NCBI GenBank assembly: GCA_054661495.1
Contig: BAAFSQ010000348.1
Coordinates: 1 to 9,394 of the forward strand
Reading direction: 5' to 3'
Source: Zygophlyctis sp. KS116
Taxonomy: Eukaryota > Fungi > Chytridiomycota
DNA length: 9,394 bases
Shown here: in pieces, positions 8,601 through 9,394 of the stretch
How positions within the stretch are numbered: position 1 is the first letter of the stretch
Layout: each line of letters begins with the position of its first letter
Position numbers and translations under genes: made by a program
The notes under the pieces: model-generated
What the model saw: only the letters and a program-made list of their open reading frames with translations
Databases searched by the model: none
Told to the model about the DNA's origin: nothing

Positions 8601-9394
8601 TTGCAAAAACGCAACAAATACAATCTGAACTAAATAATACCCAGTGAGTGATTTCAATTGAAGATTACGTATTTTAGTAATTGCATCATAGAAATATTCT
8701 TCCATTGCTCTTAATTTGATTACTTTTACACTGTAAAGCATTTCTCTAATTATTTTTAGCCTTTGATCTCCTGCTTTCAAGAAATCTTTTTGGAACTTTA
8801 CAAACCCAAAAATCACAAAACTTTGTAAAAACAAGACTGCAAATAGTGTCCCTGCTCCGGCCCAAACAGCAGTTCCCAATAATTGGTGAAGTTGAACCAG
8901 AGCCACTGCAATCTGCACAGGAGTAGACCATAAAGAATTAACTCCTGTTAAAGCAAGAGCGATTTTTTCACAATCTACATTAATTAAATTTAGAATTTTT
9001 CCTTGAGAAAATTCTTTAGATGCTACTTGATCCAACTTTAGAGATTTCTCATAAATCGAACCGATCAAGACAGTCTTAACATTTTGTTCCATTGTCCTTA
9101 GAATTTGTTCTGCTGTCCTTCCAAATATAGTAGTCCCTACTTGCAGGGATAAGACACATAAAGCCAAATAATATCCGTTTGATAGCCATAATAGTTCGCT
9201 TGGAATGAATGGAGTTGTAAAATAAATAACTTGTTGGATGAATTTCGGAACCGCTAAAATACATGCTATTGATACAGCTTGACAAGCTACTGCAGCAAAG
9301 AATAGTCCAGAGAATTTCTTAAAAAGAGTTTTGAACAAGGATTTCTTTGATCTTAATATTCCAGATAGATATTGTGCAGTATCTTTATTCTGAA
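5651..9394 (-). CDS. ABC transporter subfamily C (MRP/YOR1-like multidrug exporter), 5'-partial; about 1219 aa visible; exons >9394-6875, 6848-6592, 6562-5997, 5969-5651
   Basis: TMD1-NBD1-TMD2-NBD2 layout. NBD1: GAVGCGKS, LSGGQKARVALAR, YLLDDPLSALD. TMD2: [47 protein letters not shown]. NBD2: GRTGSGKS, degenerate LSVGQRQLLCLAR, IMDEATASVD, IAHR. The frame is open to the window edge. Confidence 0.96.
5970..5996 (-). other. Spliceosomal intron, 27 nt (ABCC, phase 2)
   Basis: GTAACA...TTAATTTTAG. Retention creates an in-frame TAA, and removal restores GQRQLLCLARAIL. Confidence 0.92.
6563..6591 (-). other. Spliceosomal intron, 29 nt (ABCC, phase 0)
   Basis: GTAAAT...CTGACATGATAG. Removal restores INLLL|IASSQLESELNAVERL. 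Confidence 0.9.
6849..6874 (-). other. Spliceosomal intron, 26 nt, AAG acceptor (ABCC, phase 1)
   Basis: GTAAGA...TTATAGAAAG. Removal restores the conserved [13 protein letters not shown]. Confidence 0.88.

Noticed and set aside
1305-9285. Short shadow ORFs (1305-1493, 2820-3008, 4758-4970, 6147-6356, 6423-6605, 6623-6892, 8023-8310, 8150-8335, 8746-8931, 9076-9285)
   Set aside because: They are antisense or alternate-frame overlaps of well-supported genes with no recognisable motifs.
145-9394. Pseudogenes or sequencing frameshifts explaining the broken ORFs
   Set aside because: Every break sits in a 24-29 nt GT...AG segment whose removal restores the frame and, in most cases, conserved motifs. 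Catalytic residues are intact.
145-9394. Functional gene cluster linking USP, GH30, TspO-like and ABCC
   Set aside because: No shared pathway is evident, and adjacency is expected in a compact genome.

Overview
AT-rich, very gene-dense eukaryotic DNA using the standard genetic code. It is probably fungal, possibly an early-diverging chytrid-like lineage, but that is inference only. The fragmented ORF track is explained by 10 tiny GT-AG introns of 24-29 nt. Removing them gives four intact genes: (1) a CS-domain ubiquitin-specific protease (+, 145-2840); (2) a membrane-anchored GH30 glycoside hydrolase resembling endo-beta-1,6-galactanases (+, 2981-4710); (3) a TspO/MBR-related multi-pass membrane protein (-, 4684-5598) whose 3' coding end overlaps the GH30 CDS by 27 nt; (4) a 5'-truncated ABCC (MRP/YOR1-type) transporter (-, 5651 to >9394). 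The window opens with the probable 3' end of another gene whose last codons and stop are triplicated as an exact 27-bp tandem repeat. The most striking signal is the uniform GTA...TAG micro-intron architecture together with minimal or overlapping intergenic space.
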